Source: Octopus vulgaris
Lineage: Eukaryota
Direction: 5' to 3'
DNA length: 64,000 nucleotides
Assembly (NCBI GenBank): GCA_951406725.2
Contig: OX597832.1
Location: 33,046,001 to 33,110,000 of the forward strand
Shown here piece after piece: positions 1 to 14,582 of this stretch. The translations under genes were made by a program, and so were the position numbers. The notes beneath the pieces are model-generated. The model searched no databases. It was not told where the DNA came from and saw nothing but the letters and a program-made list of their open reading frames with translations. Positions within the stretch are counted from its first letter, which is position 1, and each line of letters begins with the position of its first letter.

Positions 1-540
1 TTAGAAATAAATGATCAATATAATACTAAGAGTGGTGGATTTCAGATCGACCGCAGCTTCAAACAAATACAATGTAGTATGTGATTGCAATTCATTACAT
101 TCTGAGTTCAAATCCTGCACAGGTCAATTTCGCATTACTTCATACATACTGAAGGTTGATAAACTATGTCATAAATCCATCTTAATTGGTCATTTCAACC
201 CCACCCTGACATCCCTAAATGATGCACTCTTGAGGTTATATCAAGAACTGATAAGACTTCTGGTGGGCTACATATCGGAGAAACTTTGTTATTTTCCTTT
301 TTTTCCGCGTTCAGTCGAAGAGCAGCTTATTCAAAATTTGGTCGTTATTCATTTTCTTCGATGTTTATTTTCGATATTTAACTTGAAGCACGAGATTATG
401 AAGGTGAGCATATTCTCTGATTCAGGAATATTTTAATATCTGAATATTGTAACCACATTCTTAGAATTAAAATGTGTCAGCGCTTAGCATCTCATTGTTC
501 GTCCTACCCTTATGCTAAAGCATTTCTAAAATTTAATGTG

Positions 541-658
541 CATTGCATCTCTCCAACTACATCAGACACATATCAGAAATGTATTTTAGCTTCCAAGCGA
601 CAGCAATATTATTGAGTGTGTACTTATATGTCTAAAGTGTAGCTGGAGAAACACAATG
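541..658. repeat. Imperfect inverted repeat, possible MITE remnant
   Basis: 541-573 cattgcatctctccaactacatcagacacatat is a diverged reverse complement of 626-658 atatgtctaaagtgtagctggagaaacacaatg. Confidence 0.5.
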
Positions 659-1197
659 AGTAAGAGAGAGTCTATGAGTAGACATTATCACTCACTAAAC
701 TAGAAAAAAAACATACAAGTTCCAGCCATTTTTCGATGTCAGTGAACGCATCAATGCGCACACATCTAAGCAAAAATTTTACCAGAAATTCCATTGAACA
801 GAATGTAAACAATAACTAATTCTGGGTGAGAGATGATCGAATTATTAACGACCATAACACAAAGAAATTGTGCAAACCTCTTGTATTTCACGAAATACTA
901 ACGAAAACTTATAATCTAATCCGCCGCCGCTTGTGAGAGTTGCATATACATTTCTCAATAACATTAATGGAACATTATTTTCTTGACCTTTTTCCAAAGC
1001 AAACATCCATCTTCTTGTGGAAATGTCTTGAACAAAAGGCCATGTTCTCGCCAAATGTGATGTGACAAGTTTAAAAGATAAATTACAGAAAACGAAAACC
1101 GTGTAGTTACATATATATCGGTTAACATGACATCTAACAAAAGACAAATAGATTTATATATTTCCTGCTTTCAATTCAGAGGTGATGTTTCTTCAAG

Positions 1198-1243
1198 TTA
1201 TTTTCTCTTCTGAAACACTACTGGTACGGTTAAATCAAATAGA
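1198..1243 (-). CDS. Candidate terminal coding exon (exon 4) of an unrecognised small spliced gene
   Basis: Very strong minus-strand acceptor tttttctttgctattttctttcttttttttttacag|. It reads (ag)t-LFDLTVPVVFQKRK-stop, in phase with candidate exon 3. Inference only. Confidence 0.3.
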
Positions 1244-2438
1244 CTGTAAAAAAAAAGAAAGAAAATAGCAAAGAAAAACTACATAAAACTAATGGGTATT
1301 TCCTGGCAATGGCTTTGAATTAATAGCTTTCTCCAGACGTTTGGTTTGCAATTTATTTAGTCACGTTTCAAAGGTAAACGTGACAATGGGTCTTGCCAAT
1401 AATGTAAATCGCTTAGTTGGAATATCAGCTACCTTAGTTCGATTCAAACCTTTACATTGTCTTTCGTTTTCTCTTCCTCTGGTGCCAATTTGATTTGTAT
1501 TTCTCAAGTAAACGGCAAAAGTGCTGAGACAATCAGGAAATTAATAAAAGACATATATATTTCACCATAGGTATTTTCAATCTTTAGCTAACACTAAATT
1601 TCTATGCCACACACTGACATTCCGTTCGTCATTAATATGGAAGCCTAGAAGTTAAATAGACGCCAATGGCCATCCTTATGAACGTGTCGTTTGATTGAAC
1701 TTTGCTGTAACATCAAAGCTATTCCAGCCGTACCAATATTGTTCAGTACCTTGAGGCATTCCATTATGCAATGTGACATTTTCAAAGATCTTAGTGCCTT
1801 CACGTGCGATCTCAAGAAGACTTACATGCTACCTTTACCAGCTCGAGAAACCGCACTGTAACCTCAGATCATTCACATGAAACATGTATATATAATTGTT
1901 GATGTTGTTGACTAAGACCCATTTAGCTATGGCAAAGAAGATATTTGGGAAAAAGCTGTCGCTTCTCGATTTCTAAGGAGGTGAGTCTAAAGTGATCTTG
2001 TGATTATTTTTAAGAAGTTGAACATCGGAGAACAACAGCAGACACAGGGTGCTTTTCTCGTTTTGTTTGTATTCTTATTGTTGCTGTCGGTTGTCTTTTT
2101 CGTCGATATTGCTATTGCTATACCATCTTTAAAAGTCACTGTTCATATCAAATATTAAGTAATTCAGATTGTAATATCCAGTTTATCCTTCTATATTCAT
2201 AACAAAACGATATCATTTAATTTGAGGAGGAAATGGGTGTTATTTCAAGGAAGCCGAGCGACAATATAGAGGCTACAGAATATAACACTCTGCCCATTCA
2301 TGACTATTACGTTACTATTTGTGTGTTTGTATAATGCAGTGATCCGTGATATATACATATGCATACATACATATATATATATATATATATACACACAAAC
2401 ATATATATTGATATATATTTATATATATACATGTATAT

Positions 2439-2469
<31 letters not shown>

Positions 2470-2639
2470 CGTATGCCTCTGTGTGTGTGTGTGTGTATGT
2501 GTGTGTGTGTGTGTGTGCGTGCGTGCGTGCATATCAAAACAGGAATGTTATTTACAAGCTCTCAGAATATAGCCAAACAGTTATTGCTTTTGGTGCAGTC
2601 AAAGTAAATAATCCTTGACGTTCACACTAATCCCTGACG

Positions 2640-2912
2640 TATAAACCACATGGTGATTGGTCAAAATACAGCTTGTATGATTCAGCCAGCTGGAGCCCAT
2701 CGAAGGGTGTTTAAAGGACAAATCTAACCATTTCACTGTACTTGTCAATTGTGGATCTCGACTGTAACTACGAAACCTGATGATTGCGTAACGCATGAAA
2801 GTACTACTTTATCTCAATATTGTAAAATTGTAAATATTGCAAATAATAAAACATGAAAATCAGACTAATTTGGAATTTCATTGATTAATATATTGTTCTA
2901 TACAAACTCGGA
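2640..2912 (+). mobile_element. Short PLE pLTR-like element carrying a hammerhead motif, ending at (TA)n
   Basis: The tail ...aaaacatgaaaatcagactaatttggaattt...attaatatattgttctatac is homologous to 60425-60485, and both carry the GAAAGTACTA hammerhead. The left end is approximate. Confidence 0.55.
2772..2811 (+). ncRNA. Minimal type-I hammerhead ribozyme motif
   Basis: gaaac-CTGATGA(2777-2783)-ttgcg taa cgcat-GAAA(2797-2800)-gtac-TA-cttt. The core is intact, stem III is palindromic (AGTACT), and the first pair of stem I is mismatched. Confidence 0.55.
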
Positions 2913-3074
2913 TATATATATTTATATACATATATAATCACACACACACACACGAACTCCCACGCACGTACGCACACAAATATACAAAAGTTGAAATTGC
3001 AAAACTCATTAATATCCACGATGGCTCAAAACACACTAATCTCTTTTATATCCACACCACATTTCCCCACGCAA

Positions 3075-3300
3075 ATAGGTGGGTCGCCTAGTGCTCGAAT
3101 GATGCACCTACATTTGTAAAGACGTAGATCCGAGATCGGAAATGGGCGATGCTTCGTGCCCTTGACAATGCTCTTCCTTTATCATGTTGCCTCACTGGAC
3201 ACAACTGTAAGCGCTTAGCAAGTTCATTCTAGTCGAACCCTTTACCCTCTTGCTACAGCAGTTTTGTCGTTTGTACCGCTGGGTCAATGATTGGACAGCG
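3075..3300 (+). mobile_element. Degenerate tRNA-derived CORE-type SINE
   Basis: An A-box-like head (gtcgcctagtg) is followed by gtgcccttgacaatgc...gttgcctcactggacacaactgtaa, which resembles the CORE domain. Confidence 0.35.
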
Positions 3301-3819
3301 ATGTGTGTGACAGTGTCTGCTCGTAAAAAGAAGAAAAAAAAGAAACTAACAACAGCAGACAGGTTGTAGAAATCGCCAGGTGGTACTCACTTGCGAGTGA
3401 TAACTGAACATTTACGAAAGGTAAAACCGAGCAGATCGCATACCGATTTACAGATCTACAGATTTGAAAATGCGGTTTGTTAACACAACAATAAGTTTTC
3501 TTTTAACAATAACTCAGATACAGAATACTGTATTATAATGGAATAAATTAACAAGATATGTCGAAGCAGAGACTAGGAAACCAGCTGTTTTGTTCATAAT
3601 GTTTTTTGTTAGGAACCGTTGTATACTTATTGAAAGAGCATTCGTGATTCTACACAAAAGCAAATTTGCTCGTAAGTGTTTAAGAAATATGGCACGACAT
3701 TAAAGGGAGAAAAATGTCCATAGATCAAATAGAAAGCGCAATAAAGAATGGCCAAACGAAAATGATGTGGCGTTGGTTTCGATGTAGACCATGACGACCG
3801 ATCTAAAACTAATTGTCAG

Positions 3820-4120
3820 GGGGAAAAGAAGACATGCCAGCTGATTAATTTTAGCATTCAATATGGCTGCTACAGATTTGAGTTGAACAGGAGAAAAATA
3901 ATAGATATAATAGAGATATCTGGGCAGCGAGCTAGAAACGTTATGGAGATTAAAATGACCATAATTTCTTTTGTGATATAGAAAATTGGGAACGCTACCA
4001 AAAATATTAAAGACTTGAAAAGAGGCATTGGCATTATGGCTTAGATTTAGTGAATGGCAGCAAAATGTTAATTCTTTATTATTGGAAGCAATCTCAAAGA
4101 CATTGCTGAAACAAAAAGCT
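3820..4120 (+). pseudogene. Very old R4/Dong-type LINE restriction-like endonuclease remnant
   Basis: The frameshifted translation KKTCQLINFSI...LGSELETLWRLK..TIISFVI..LGTLPKIL parallels RTCLLIDM...KYKDLEIEISKMWKLKTKTIPVVIGALG at 19130-19290. Confidence 0.5.
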
Positions 4121-4349
4121 TGTGTTTGCAATTTTTACACGTATTATAAATAAGAGGAGCATGTGTAAATAGGATTTGGTGTGAATAAATATCATTTTGG
4201 CGACGACAGTTCTGCTGGAACTGAGAGAAATAAAGATATAATATGAACTTTCGATGTGAAAGACAACTCAGGGACATTCATTTATCTTAGAGAACATCAA
4301 AGTGGAGACTTGCAACAAATTACAGAGTCTTTAAGATGATACAGTTCCA

Positions 4350-4475
4350 TACCTGTATTTTCTAAGTTCCAATTCCAAAGGTGATCGTTTGTGTCCATTT
4401 GAATGGCAATGCATGGCATTAATGCTTTTCTATTAATAACTTTTAAATCGTCAGCATAAAGTTCTAGACTATAAT
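4350..4475 (-). pseudogene. Degenerate non-LTR (CR1/L2-like) reverse transcriptase fragment
   Basis: The minus frame reads ELYADDLKVINRK...AIQMDTNDHLWNWNL, with the YADD motif at 4458-4447. Confidence 0.4.
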
Positions 4476-5081
4476 ATACAATTTAACTTCATCTTCTCTT
4501 TCATAGGAAGGGTAAACGCTTCCATCAAGTCTATTGCATCTATCTACGATGGCAGGTCTACCACTTTGTGAACACATTATATACTAGGAGTCGACATAGA
4601 AGAATGACTGCTCCACAAATCAACCGGATATGGAAAAATGAACAAAGCGATGGATTACATATCAGCAAGAAATAATAATATATCAGCGAGCAACTCTCCT
4701 ATGAGAGCTCTGCCAAATTCCATCTGAGAAGGGGAATATATAAGATGCTGAAAAGCATCATAACCTGTCAGGCAGTGTAATATTACAACGAAGTACGTGG
4801 ATGTAGGAAGTACATTTTAATTAATCTAGTGAATATACATAACTACGTCGGGTGCATAACAGCTGAACAACAATTTAGCAAAATGGTGAATTTAGGTCTC
4901 TCTGGGAACGAAGGAACATAAATGCATGACAGAAAGAAATTTCGCAATATTATGTATTCTGTAAATCAATATATAAACCAATAATACGCATGTACGTATG
5001 CCGGTCTGTATGTTCCTACTTTCTAATCCAGAAAATGAAATTGAAAATGCACGGTGTATGTATGAAGAGTTATTTAAACCG

Positions 5082-5147
<66 letters not shown>

Positions 5148-5882
5148 ATCTATATATTTATCTGCTTATTTCTCACTCTCTCTCTCTCTTTCTATGTGTG
5201 TGTGTGTGCATGTGTACATATGCGTGTGCGTATGCTCATGCGTGTTTAAGTGTATGCATGTATGTATAATTGTGTGTATGTATATATATATATATTATGC
5301 TATATTAAATACATTATAATTGAGGTGGCTATAGCAATTAAATCCCCAAAAGGGAAAATTAATAAATGGCAGTGTAAAATAGCATCTACAATTGCTAGAA
5401 ATGAGAGCTAAAATTTAACTCCAACAGCCTCCCTAAAGCACTAATCTCATGAAATATTCAAGACTGTGAGCAGCAAGCCAAAACATCTTCCTCTGCCGAC
5501 ATTCACTCACAGAAGGAAGAAGTTTGATACAACTTTTTCACCTGATTTCCATATTTGATCACTATGATCTTATTTCTCCTCACACGTTTCCACTTATACA
5601 CTTACACAACAGGTTTCACATCGGATTTTCAAAAATGTGTGTTCCATGGAGCTGTGTCGCGTACTTGCTGTTTCTTGTCATTATTTTAAAAACCGTTTGT
5701 TTTTATAGAGAGAAAGCGGCTTTTGAAAATCAGGTGTGAAATCGGTTAAGAGTATACATGTACACAAAATGATACACATACACAGACAGAGACACACACA
5801 CATGTACGCACGCACACACACAAACACACGTGTGTGCGTACACATATAAAACACGTGTTTGTGTGCATACTCTCAAACGCAC

Positions 5883-5943
<61 letters not shown>

Positions 5944-5956
5944 CATATATACACAA

Positions 5957-5998
<42 letters not shown>

Positions 5999-6404
5999 GT
6001 GAAAATCTTCCACACACCTTCAGTGTCTGCCAACCGGTTTACTCACACTGCTTTGGTGAGGCACGGGACACAGAAGATATCTTTTGTCGAATGCCACACA
6101 AAATGGTACTGAACTTCAGACAAAAATTGTCGAAGAGCCAACTTTTAAAACGCGTTATATATGTACGCATTTATTTGTGGCGGGGTGGGTGTGTTTGCTG
6201 TATTTATGTAGAGAAGCAAAATTGAAGAAAGGTTTGAAGAATTCCAAAGCAGAAGAAAGTGGAAAATAGTTTTAAAAGGAAAGAAAAGAACGTCACAACT
6301 TGGTTCGAACTTATTTGTATGTAATTATTCTTTAAAGAACACGCGAAAATCAAAGTGCGTTGTTCCTGTGATGAAGAATGCAGTGTGTAGTGGTAGGTCA
6401 TGTG

Positions 6405-7015
<611 letters not shown>

Positions 7016-7211
7016 CTATAAAAATGATGAATGTATAACAATAATTTATGAGTTTGTCTACGTATATTTGTGCGCATGAAAGTAGCTGAATATATATGCA
7101 CGGAAGAGTGTGTGTGTATGTATATACATACATATACATATGTGTGTGTGTGTGTGTGTGTGGATATGTGCATTACTATATATACTATGTATACGCATGT
7201 ATATATATATA

Positions 7212-7269
<58 letters not shown>

Positions 7270-8018
7270 CGCGCATATATGCCCGTGCGTGTTTATACCA
7301 ATATACGTTGGTATATATGAACGCACATTTCTTGTGAAATGAAAACGGCTCATATCTATTTGGAGATCAAAGGCATTTTATGGACAATACTGACTGAGTG
7401 AAATGCAATTTAAGCTATACTTCCTTGTAGAATTCATCCCTGAAAATCCAAACTTGCAACTTTTATAGGATCCAATGAACGAAAGTCATAAAATACGCGT
7501 TATGTTTATTCCTTATTTAAACTTTAAATATTTGTATATAACACGCAACATTTCGTATCTACTTTTTGTAAATGTTTGGGTTTATACCATTTCGGTGGTT
7601 TAGACATTTTGTGTTTGGTTCATGTTTTGGTTAGCGTTGAATTTTTTCATTTAATTTTTGTAGATTTGTGTATAGATTTAGCTTTTATAAAAGTCGAATG
7701 AATGGGTACATATTGAAACAACATTATTTAATCTTCATGTTTCTATATGAAGAATATTTTGTCACGAAAAGACAGGAAAATGGCAACATAAAAGTTGGAG
7801 ATAAAATACATTGTTATCAAGGGAGAGAGAAAGAGACAGAAAGAGAAAGAGAGACAGAAAGAGAAAGAGAGACAGAAAGGGGGACAGAGAGAGGGAATCT
7901 GGCAGTTCAAAGAAAATATGACGTCAATCAGAGGTTATGTAAATATTACAGTCACTAATATTTCTTGTGATATCAAAACGAGGCTATAACTTAACTACCG
8001 CTTTCATTTCATGTTTGA

Positions 8019-8084
<66 letters not shown>

Positions 8085-8144
8085 TATGATATATATATAT
8101 ATATGTGTGTGTATATATATATATGTGTGCGTGTGTGTGTATAC

Positions 8145-8175
<31 letters not shown>

Positions 8176-8206
8176 TATATACATCCTTCAACAGACACAC
8201 ACACAC

Positions 8207-8237
<31 letters not shown>

Positions 8238-8927
8238 CGAGCGTGTGTGTATTCGTGTTACTATTCTTTAATCCTTCCAGGCTATACGTGTAGATCGATA
8301 TTATGGTGGAAACATGGATAGTGGTACTTTAACAATATATTGTCCGTTTTTTTTTTTTAAACATTTGAAGCGATGTGGAATGGGCCCTGAGGGTGGGTTT
8401 GCCATTGTTTGTTTCAGCTCCGGATTCGAATGACCACGGAGAGCAAATGACGCATTGGAATCGACCTTTAAGTAGCTGCGTCCACAGTGACTGCGTGATA
8501 CGTGACGTTATAATGAAACTACTACTACTACTACTAATACTACCACTACCACTACTACCATCACCACCACCACCATCACCACTACTGCTACTACTAATAA
8601 TAATAATGATAATAATAAAGTAATGATACAAATAACAGTAATAATGTTAGTAATAATATGAATGATGATAATAATAATAATAACAGTAAAAATATTAATA
8701 AGAAGAAGAAAAAGAAAAAGACGAAGAAGAAGAATGAGGAGGAGGAAGAGAGGGAAGAGGGAGAGGTAGCAAATGTAGTAGTAATAATATTGATAATAGT
8801 AATAAAGAAAATATTAGTAAGACTAGAGTTACTATTAATAAATTCAATAATAATAATAATGATACTGATGGTTATGATGATGATGATGATGATGGTGATG
8901 ATGACCATGAGGAGGATAGTAGTAGTT

Positions 8928-8959
<32 letters not shown>

Positions 8960-9333
8960 TGTTGTTGTTGTTGTTGTAACAGCATCAACAGCAATACCTC
9001 CAAGCAAATATTGTAGGTCAATATCATTGAAGTGTAGACGTGTTCAGCTTGTAAATAATGGTAAGCGGAGGAAATTTCATGAAATTTATGTTGAAAATGT
9101 AAACATTTTCAGCAAAACACGGACGAAATGTTGAGGTAAAAAATCGAAATATTAGCGTCGTGATTGTCCTTGTTATTGCAAATGCTGTTGTTGTTCTTGC
9201 TGTTGTTGTGATTGGTGCTCATTTCGTTGTCGCTGTTATTCTTATTGCTGCTGTTGTCATGTCCCATCGGTTTGAGGACATCTACTTGAATTTAATTTGA
9301 ATGAAAGATAAGGACTAGACATTAATTTCTTAC

Positions 9334-9386
9334 CTGACACCATTCGTATCAGGCTTTTGAATTTTTTTTATAAAACAAGATACATT
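9334..9386 (-). CDS. Candidate internal exon 3 (53 nt)
   Basis: Minus strand ...tttatgaaatag|aat gta tct tgt ttt ata aaa aaa att caa aag cct gat acg aat ggt gtc ag|gtaag. Consensus donor and weak acceptor; open in the phase required by exon 2. Confidence 0.3.
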
Positions 9387-9438
9387 CTATTTCATAAAAT
9401 GTCACAGATTTGAGTGATTGTCAGGTATTTTCATAAAT

Positions 9439-9489
<51 letters not shown>

Positions 9490-10414
9490 ATAGTTGGGGT
9501 TCAAATCCAAGCTGTGACCACTTCAATCACATCTGCTTATCCTGGTAATCCAAAGTTGTATGTTATGTTTCTGTTAGACATGCGTAAGTGTTGAAAATTC
9601 TGGAAAACATTTTTTGGACAGCAACTGCATATCAAAGACAATAGTGGAATAAATTGTTTTGACATTATTTATTGTATGAGATTCATTTGCTAATGAAAAT
9701 TACATCTAAAGTTGTATGTATAAAAATTGTTAATGGTATCTCCAGATAGAGGATCAAATGATATTTATTTGATTCTCTGTCTGAAGAAATTCTAATATCT
9801 TTTACATGTAACACCTATTGGCTAATAAAGCATTTGTCACAGTGAATATATAACACATCCCAAGTACTTCCAATTTGTTGATTCCATACACACACACAAA
9901 CACACACACACATATTCAGGATGACAACAAAAAGGATGAAGTATTATCTACGATTTATTTTACTTACGCAAGTTTCAAATGCTCTGACAAGATGCATCCG
10001 TTAGGCATTGAAGTTTGTAGTCTAATCCAGCCATCAATTGATGGACTAAATAACTGAACATTTACACACACACACTTGTACACACACATCTAATATTTAT
10101 TATATTGCTCACACTACCTAAGTCAAACTATTCGACGCAGAACGTTGAATTATTAAGGGTTATTGACATCCTGCTGTCCTATAAAAGTCAAGAGAAGCGA
10201 TAAGGTTAATCTGGAAACATAAGACAGAACGGAGGCTGAATGGACATCTCCATAGACCGATAACCTAAATAGGACGGATATGTGTGGCTAAGGAGCAATA
10301 CCAACAGGGATGTTAACCTAATATTTTCCTCTATTATTAAGAGACTACCGCTACTACTGTAAGCAGAAATGTCTTTCTTATGAATTAAATGATACCATTA
10401 CAGTTCCACCGCAC

Positions 10415-10512
10415 CTGTTTTTCGACAGACATGGCTTTACTGAGAATTTTCAAATTCCTTCTTTGCAGAGAAATCTGTCTTTTCTGATTATCTGCCGCAG
10501 TTTCTATGGATT
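10415..10512 (-). CDS. Candidate internal exon 2 (98 nt)
   Basis: Minus strand ttaatttatttttcag|aa-SIETAADNQKRQISLQRRNLKILSKAMSVEKQ|gtgcgg. Good acceptor and donor, stop-free, non-repetitive. Confidence 0.4.
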
Positions 10513-11119
10513 CTGAAAAATAAATTAATGCATATTTCATAGAATTCGCTGGATTTTTCTCGAAATTTATACTTATGTATGTTCATCTGTATGCGGAGGC
10601 TTCTGATTCTTATATGATATCGAGATATTAAGTTCTTCCAAGATTTCTAATACATCGGGATGGATGGAATTAATTCTTTTTAAATATATATTATTCGGGG
10701 TTCTCTATAATATGGGGCAGCTAACCTCAGTTACGCCAGAAGAAATATGCATGTCAACAATGACCTCTTTGCTCCACTTTGCTCGAGGATCTTTTTTCGT
10801 TTACTATTTAATGTACGTGCAACAGCAATTCAACTAGCGCAGCAAGAATCATTCTTTAATCTAATATTGTGTGGGTTTATAAATCGGTAGCGAAATTGTT
10901 TTTCTTAAAAGTGAATTTCCATCTCTCTGACGAAGTTTCAGCTGTACTGGGCAGCTAGTGCATTCTTTGATTTACATTATATAGGGTTCCTTTTTAAGGC
11001 AGATTGCCACAAACGTTTTATTTACTAACAGGAGGTTGCTATGCTCAGTTGCTCCCCAAGCATGCAACTTTAAAACAAATCTACCTAAATACGCATAAAA
11101 ATATGTAAGCTTCAACTCT

Positions 11120-11895
11120 AAGGAAATGAATTAACTCCAAGACCGTGAGAGCTAGGCATTTTTAGCAATATTGGCTGCAAGTTATGTGAGAAACCTGGAC
11201 AAACAAGCAAAATAATTTTCACCGCATTCCAAATTCCTTATGTACCGAAAACCACCAGAAATCGCATCCTCAGGACCATGGCTTCCGTGCGAGAAAGCCT
11301 GAAAGTACCTCCATGGGCCCAAAAGTACATGACGTTAGACTTTAGTTATGTTCTGTTCACTGAAGGAGCCAAGGCGACCCTTTAGGATCCTGACGGTTGG
11401 GTGAATGGTTGGATCTATTTTGGAGATGAACGTCACCAACGTTTACTACGTCAAATATATGATGGAAGAGTTATGGTATCATTGGGGACAGACTTGTTGG
11501 CCCAGTAAGGGTACCTGAAGAGATTAAAGTGACCGCAGCTGCCTACTGCAACCTTCTGAAGGAGGGCTTCGATCCCTGGCTAAATAAACAGAATACTGTC
11601 ACTTGTAAGGAATCCCATATTCATCCATGATAACGTTTACTCCCACTCTGCTAGGACCACCTAAACATTCCTAGGGTCTTACGGTATACAAGTTGAAAGG
11701 TTGATGGTGTGGCCGCTTGCATCTTCGGATCTCAACCCTATCGAAAATCTTTGGTCCATCATTGTGCTGATGGACGCCAATTTACGTCGAAAGAAGACTT
11801 ATGGATGACCATCGAAGCTGCAGCAGAAGCAGTCCAAACGGCTACTATTAAGAAATTGAAAGATTCCATAACTAAGGGGGTTTTTTGAAGTTATC
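11120..11895 (+). pseudogene. Tc1/mariner-superfamily transposase pseudogene, DD37E (TRT-type)
   Basis: Manual translation: VPKTTRNRILRTMA...WAQKYMTLDFSYVLFTE...DPDGWVNGW...GDRLVGPVRVPEEIKV...FIHDNVYSHSARTT*TFL...MVWPLASSDLNPIENLWSII. Exactly 37 residues separate D (11629) and E (11743). Stops and frameshifts are present; no TIRs identified. Confidence 0.9.
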
Positions 11896-12998
11896 ACTCC
11901 TTGTGCCTAGCAAAAAGGATCACCATCTTCCTCCTCCTCCCAAACCTCCTCCCATCCTCCTCCTCCTCATCATCATCCTCATGAGGATCATCGTCGTTTT
12001 TGCAGTTGTGTTTGTCACATTGCAATATTATTAACTTTCTATGTATATTGCAAATTAATTAGATGTCATAGAGTGACAATAAAAGAGAAAGAGTTATAGA
12101 AAGAAGGTTTGGAGGAGGGAGAGAGAGAGGGGGGGAAGAGGGAGAGAGAGAGAGTTTAAAATATTGCAGAAAGAAAGTTTTTTAAAAAAAAAAACATTCA
12201 AAATATAAATTTTCTAAAATAATGAAGAATTCTTAAAAGCCTCATTTAAATCACAAGACTATTCCATCCAATATCAATGCTGTAATGAAGTTCTTTTTTT
12301 TCTTCTTTATTTATGTTCATTGTGATATCTCTGGCGATATTTATTTCTTGATGGTATTATTAAATTTTACGTTATATATTTCTAAGTAACCAGTGAGTTG
12401 TACGCCAATAATATATAGTCAGCTTCTGACGGCTTCATTAACTACCTTCTAATTAGGAATTGCCGATTTTCCTGTGCAATATATTCTAATTGGAAATATA
12501 ATAGTAACTTTTCATGCATACACACTCATATCCATGAATACTTTTGTTACTCTATCTGTTGGTGTAAAAATGTATACATGTATATGAACATATCGATATA
12601 CATACATATATATACACACACATATATATATATATATATAGGAACATATACATATGTGTATATATACACATATGTGTATATATGCATGTATAAATATATA
12701 TATATATATGCATGTATATATATACGCACACACATTTAACTCTCTATTTATATACAGCTGCATAAATATATATATATAATGTACATATATCTATCATCAT
12801 CATTCTTTATATCTTCTGACTCTCTCACACCCTGTCCCTCTCTCTCCCTTAAATATATATGTATATACGTATGTATGTATATGTATCTATAACTCATAAA
12901 CTTCAAACATATACTTATTTTAGTATACACATTTCCAGTCTTAAACATGAATAATCACACACGCACACACACATATGTATATACACACACTCACACAC

Positions 12999-13036
<38 letters not shown>

Positions 13037-13095
13037 TTGTGTACATGCATGTACAGGCACACACACACGTATCTATGTAATCATATATATATACA

Positions 13096-13150
<55 letters not shown>

Positions 13151-13612
13151 ATATATATGCGTAATCAGCGCACATACACGTATTGTGTATGAGTATGTGT
13201 GTGTGTGTGTATGTATGTGCGTATGCGTGCACATGTAATCGTGTGTACGTATAAACCGCGTCGGCATTTAAATTCAGGCTACGGGAAGACAATTAGATTC
13301 TGTAGCTAAAGTTTTCACTGGTTCATTAAAACCTAATTAAGGAAAAGGAAATGTAATCAGACCAGTTACTTGTCAACAGCGTCCATAAAAATCTAACGTC
13401 ATTATTTAGCAATTACATTTCGTTATGTCAGTTAGCAAGAATTTACTCCATTTCCAGGAGAAGAATTCGCTGTCTCCAGATTCATATTGCTATCTCCTCT
13501 CACTAAACACAATCTCTTCCAATATAAAGTTATTCAAAAATACAATTTAGATTCCTCACAATTCTTTTGATTCCATTCTCATTTTTTATTGTCGTTTAAT
13601 GTTTAGCCTTTA

Positions 13613-13614
<2 letters not shown>

Positions 13615-13673
<59 letters not shown>

Positions 13674-13675
13674 GT

Positions 13676-13752
<77 letters not shown>
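13615..13752. repeat. (ATT)n microsatellite
   Basis: Directly visible. Confidence 0.95.
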
Positions 13753-13753
<1 letters not shown>

Positions 13754-13998
13754 TGTAATATTTCTCTGCTTTTCCTTCTGTTTTCATTTAGTAAATCGAA
13801 AATTCTAAAATTGTTAGACTTAGATTTACTTTAAAACTTGAAATTACGTTAAAGCCATTGTATATATTTTTTTTTCTTTAGTGCCTAAATTGCTTTTTGT
13901 CAGCATTTGAAAACCATAGCAACAGATATGGAGATCGATTGATGGGTTGTTCGATTTCCGATCACGTGCCATTCTCTGTATGCATGATTAAGGCTCAC

Positions 13999-14080
13999 CA
14001 GCAGTTTCTGAGAAGCACTCAATAGAAAATGGAACATGCGTCGTGGTTGTTGTTCTTGCTGTTGCTTGCTTCCACGCCAT
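13999..14080 (-). CDS. Candidate first coding exon (82 nt)
   Basis: gcaATGG start with an in-frame TGA just upstream; MAWKQATARTTTTTHVPFSIECFSETA+g|gtgagc. The phase-1 donor matches exon 2. Confidence 0.3.
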
Positions 14081-14365
14081 TGCTCATTCGGTCCACCTAA
14101 GACCCAAGCTCTCCATACCCTTGGCACAGATATCACTCTCCCAAACACAACGTTACTCTCATTTATGAAAAATAAAATAAAATTTTAATGCATGCGATTG
14201 GGGAAGTTTTTCTCTGCCATTCTTTCCACTTGAAACTTCCACGAAGACGTTGTTTCCTTAATTGATAAGTAAAATTTTAGGTCACTCCGAAATAAATAAG
14301 GATTCACGAATCCAAAACATAACGGTGTTCTTTGTCTCAATCAAAAGGAAACAAACTCGCACGTT

Positions 14366-14582
14366 TAATGGGTCTCAAATTTTGGTACAAGGCCGGCAAT
14401 TTTAGGGGAGGGTTTTATCGAATACATCGACCGCAGTGAACAACTGGTGCTTATTTCATCAAACTTGAAAAGACGAAAGGCAAAGTCGACCTGAGCAAAA
14501 CTTGAAATCTGAACGTAAAGCCGGAGAAATGGCGCTAAGCGTTTCTTCCGGCGCGCTAACGCTTTCTGCCAGCTCACCACCC
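14366..14582 (-). mobile_element. tRNA-derived SINE (family A)
   Basis: The reverse complement reads ggtggtgagctggcagaaagcgttagcgcgccgg...ttacgttcagatttcaagtt...aggtcgactttgcctttc, homologous to 58662-58800. Confidence 0.85.

Noticed and set aside
11-436. 141-aa ORF at the window start
   Set aside because: It overlaps a degenerate SINE-like segment (ttctgagttcaaatcc) and shows no recognisable motif or splice support.
3391-3455. Alternative minus-strand exon with a gtgagt donor
   Set aside because: Including it would shift the terminal exon into a frame that stops after four codons, and there is no independent support.
4354-4430. Minus-strand segment with a caggtatg donor that could join the candidate gene
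   Set aside because: Better explained as part of the LYADDLK RT relic.
4507-4511. Plus-strand AG-gaagg-GT micro-exon pattern after a pyrimidine tract
   Set aside because: No partner exons were found on +, and it adjoins a minus-strand RT remnant; probably chance.
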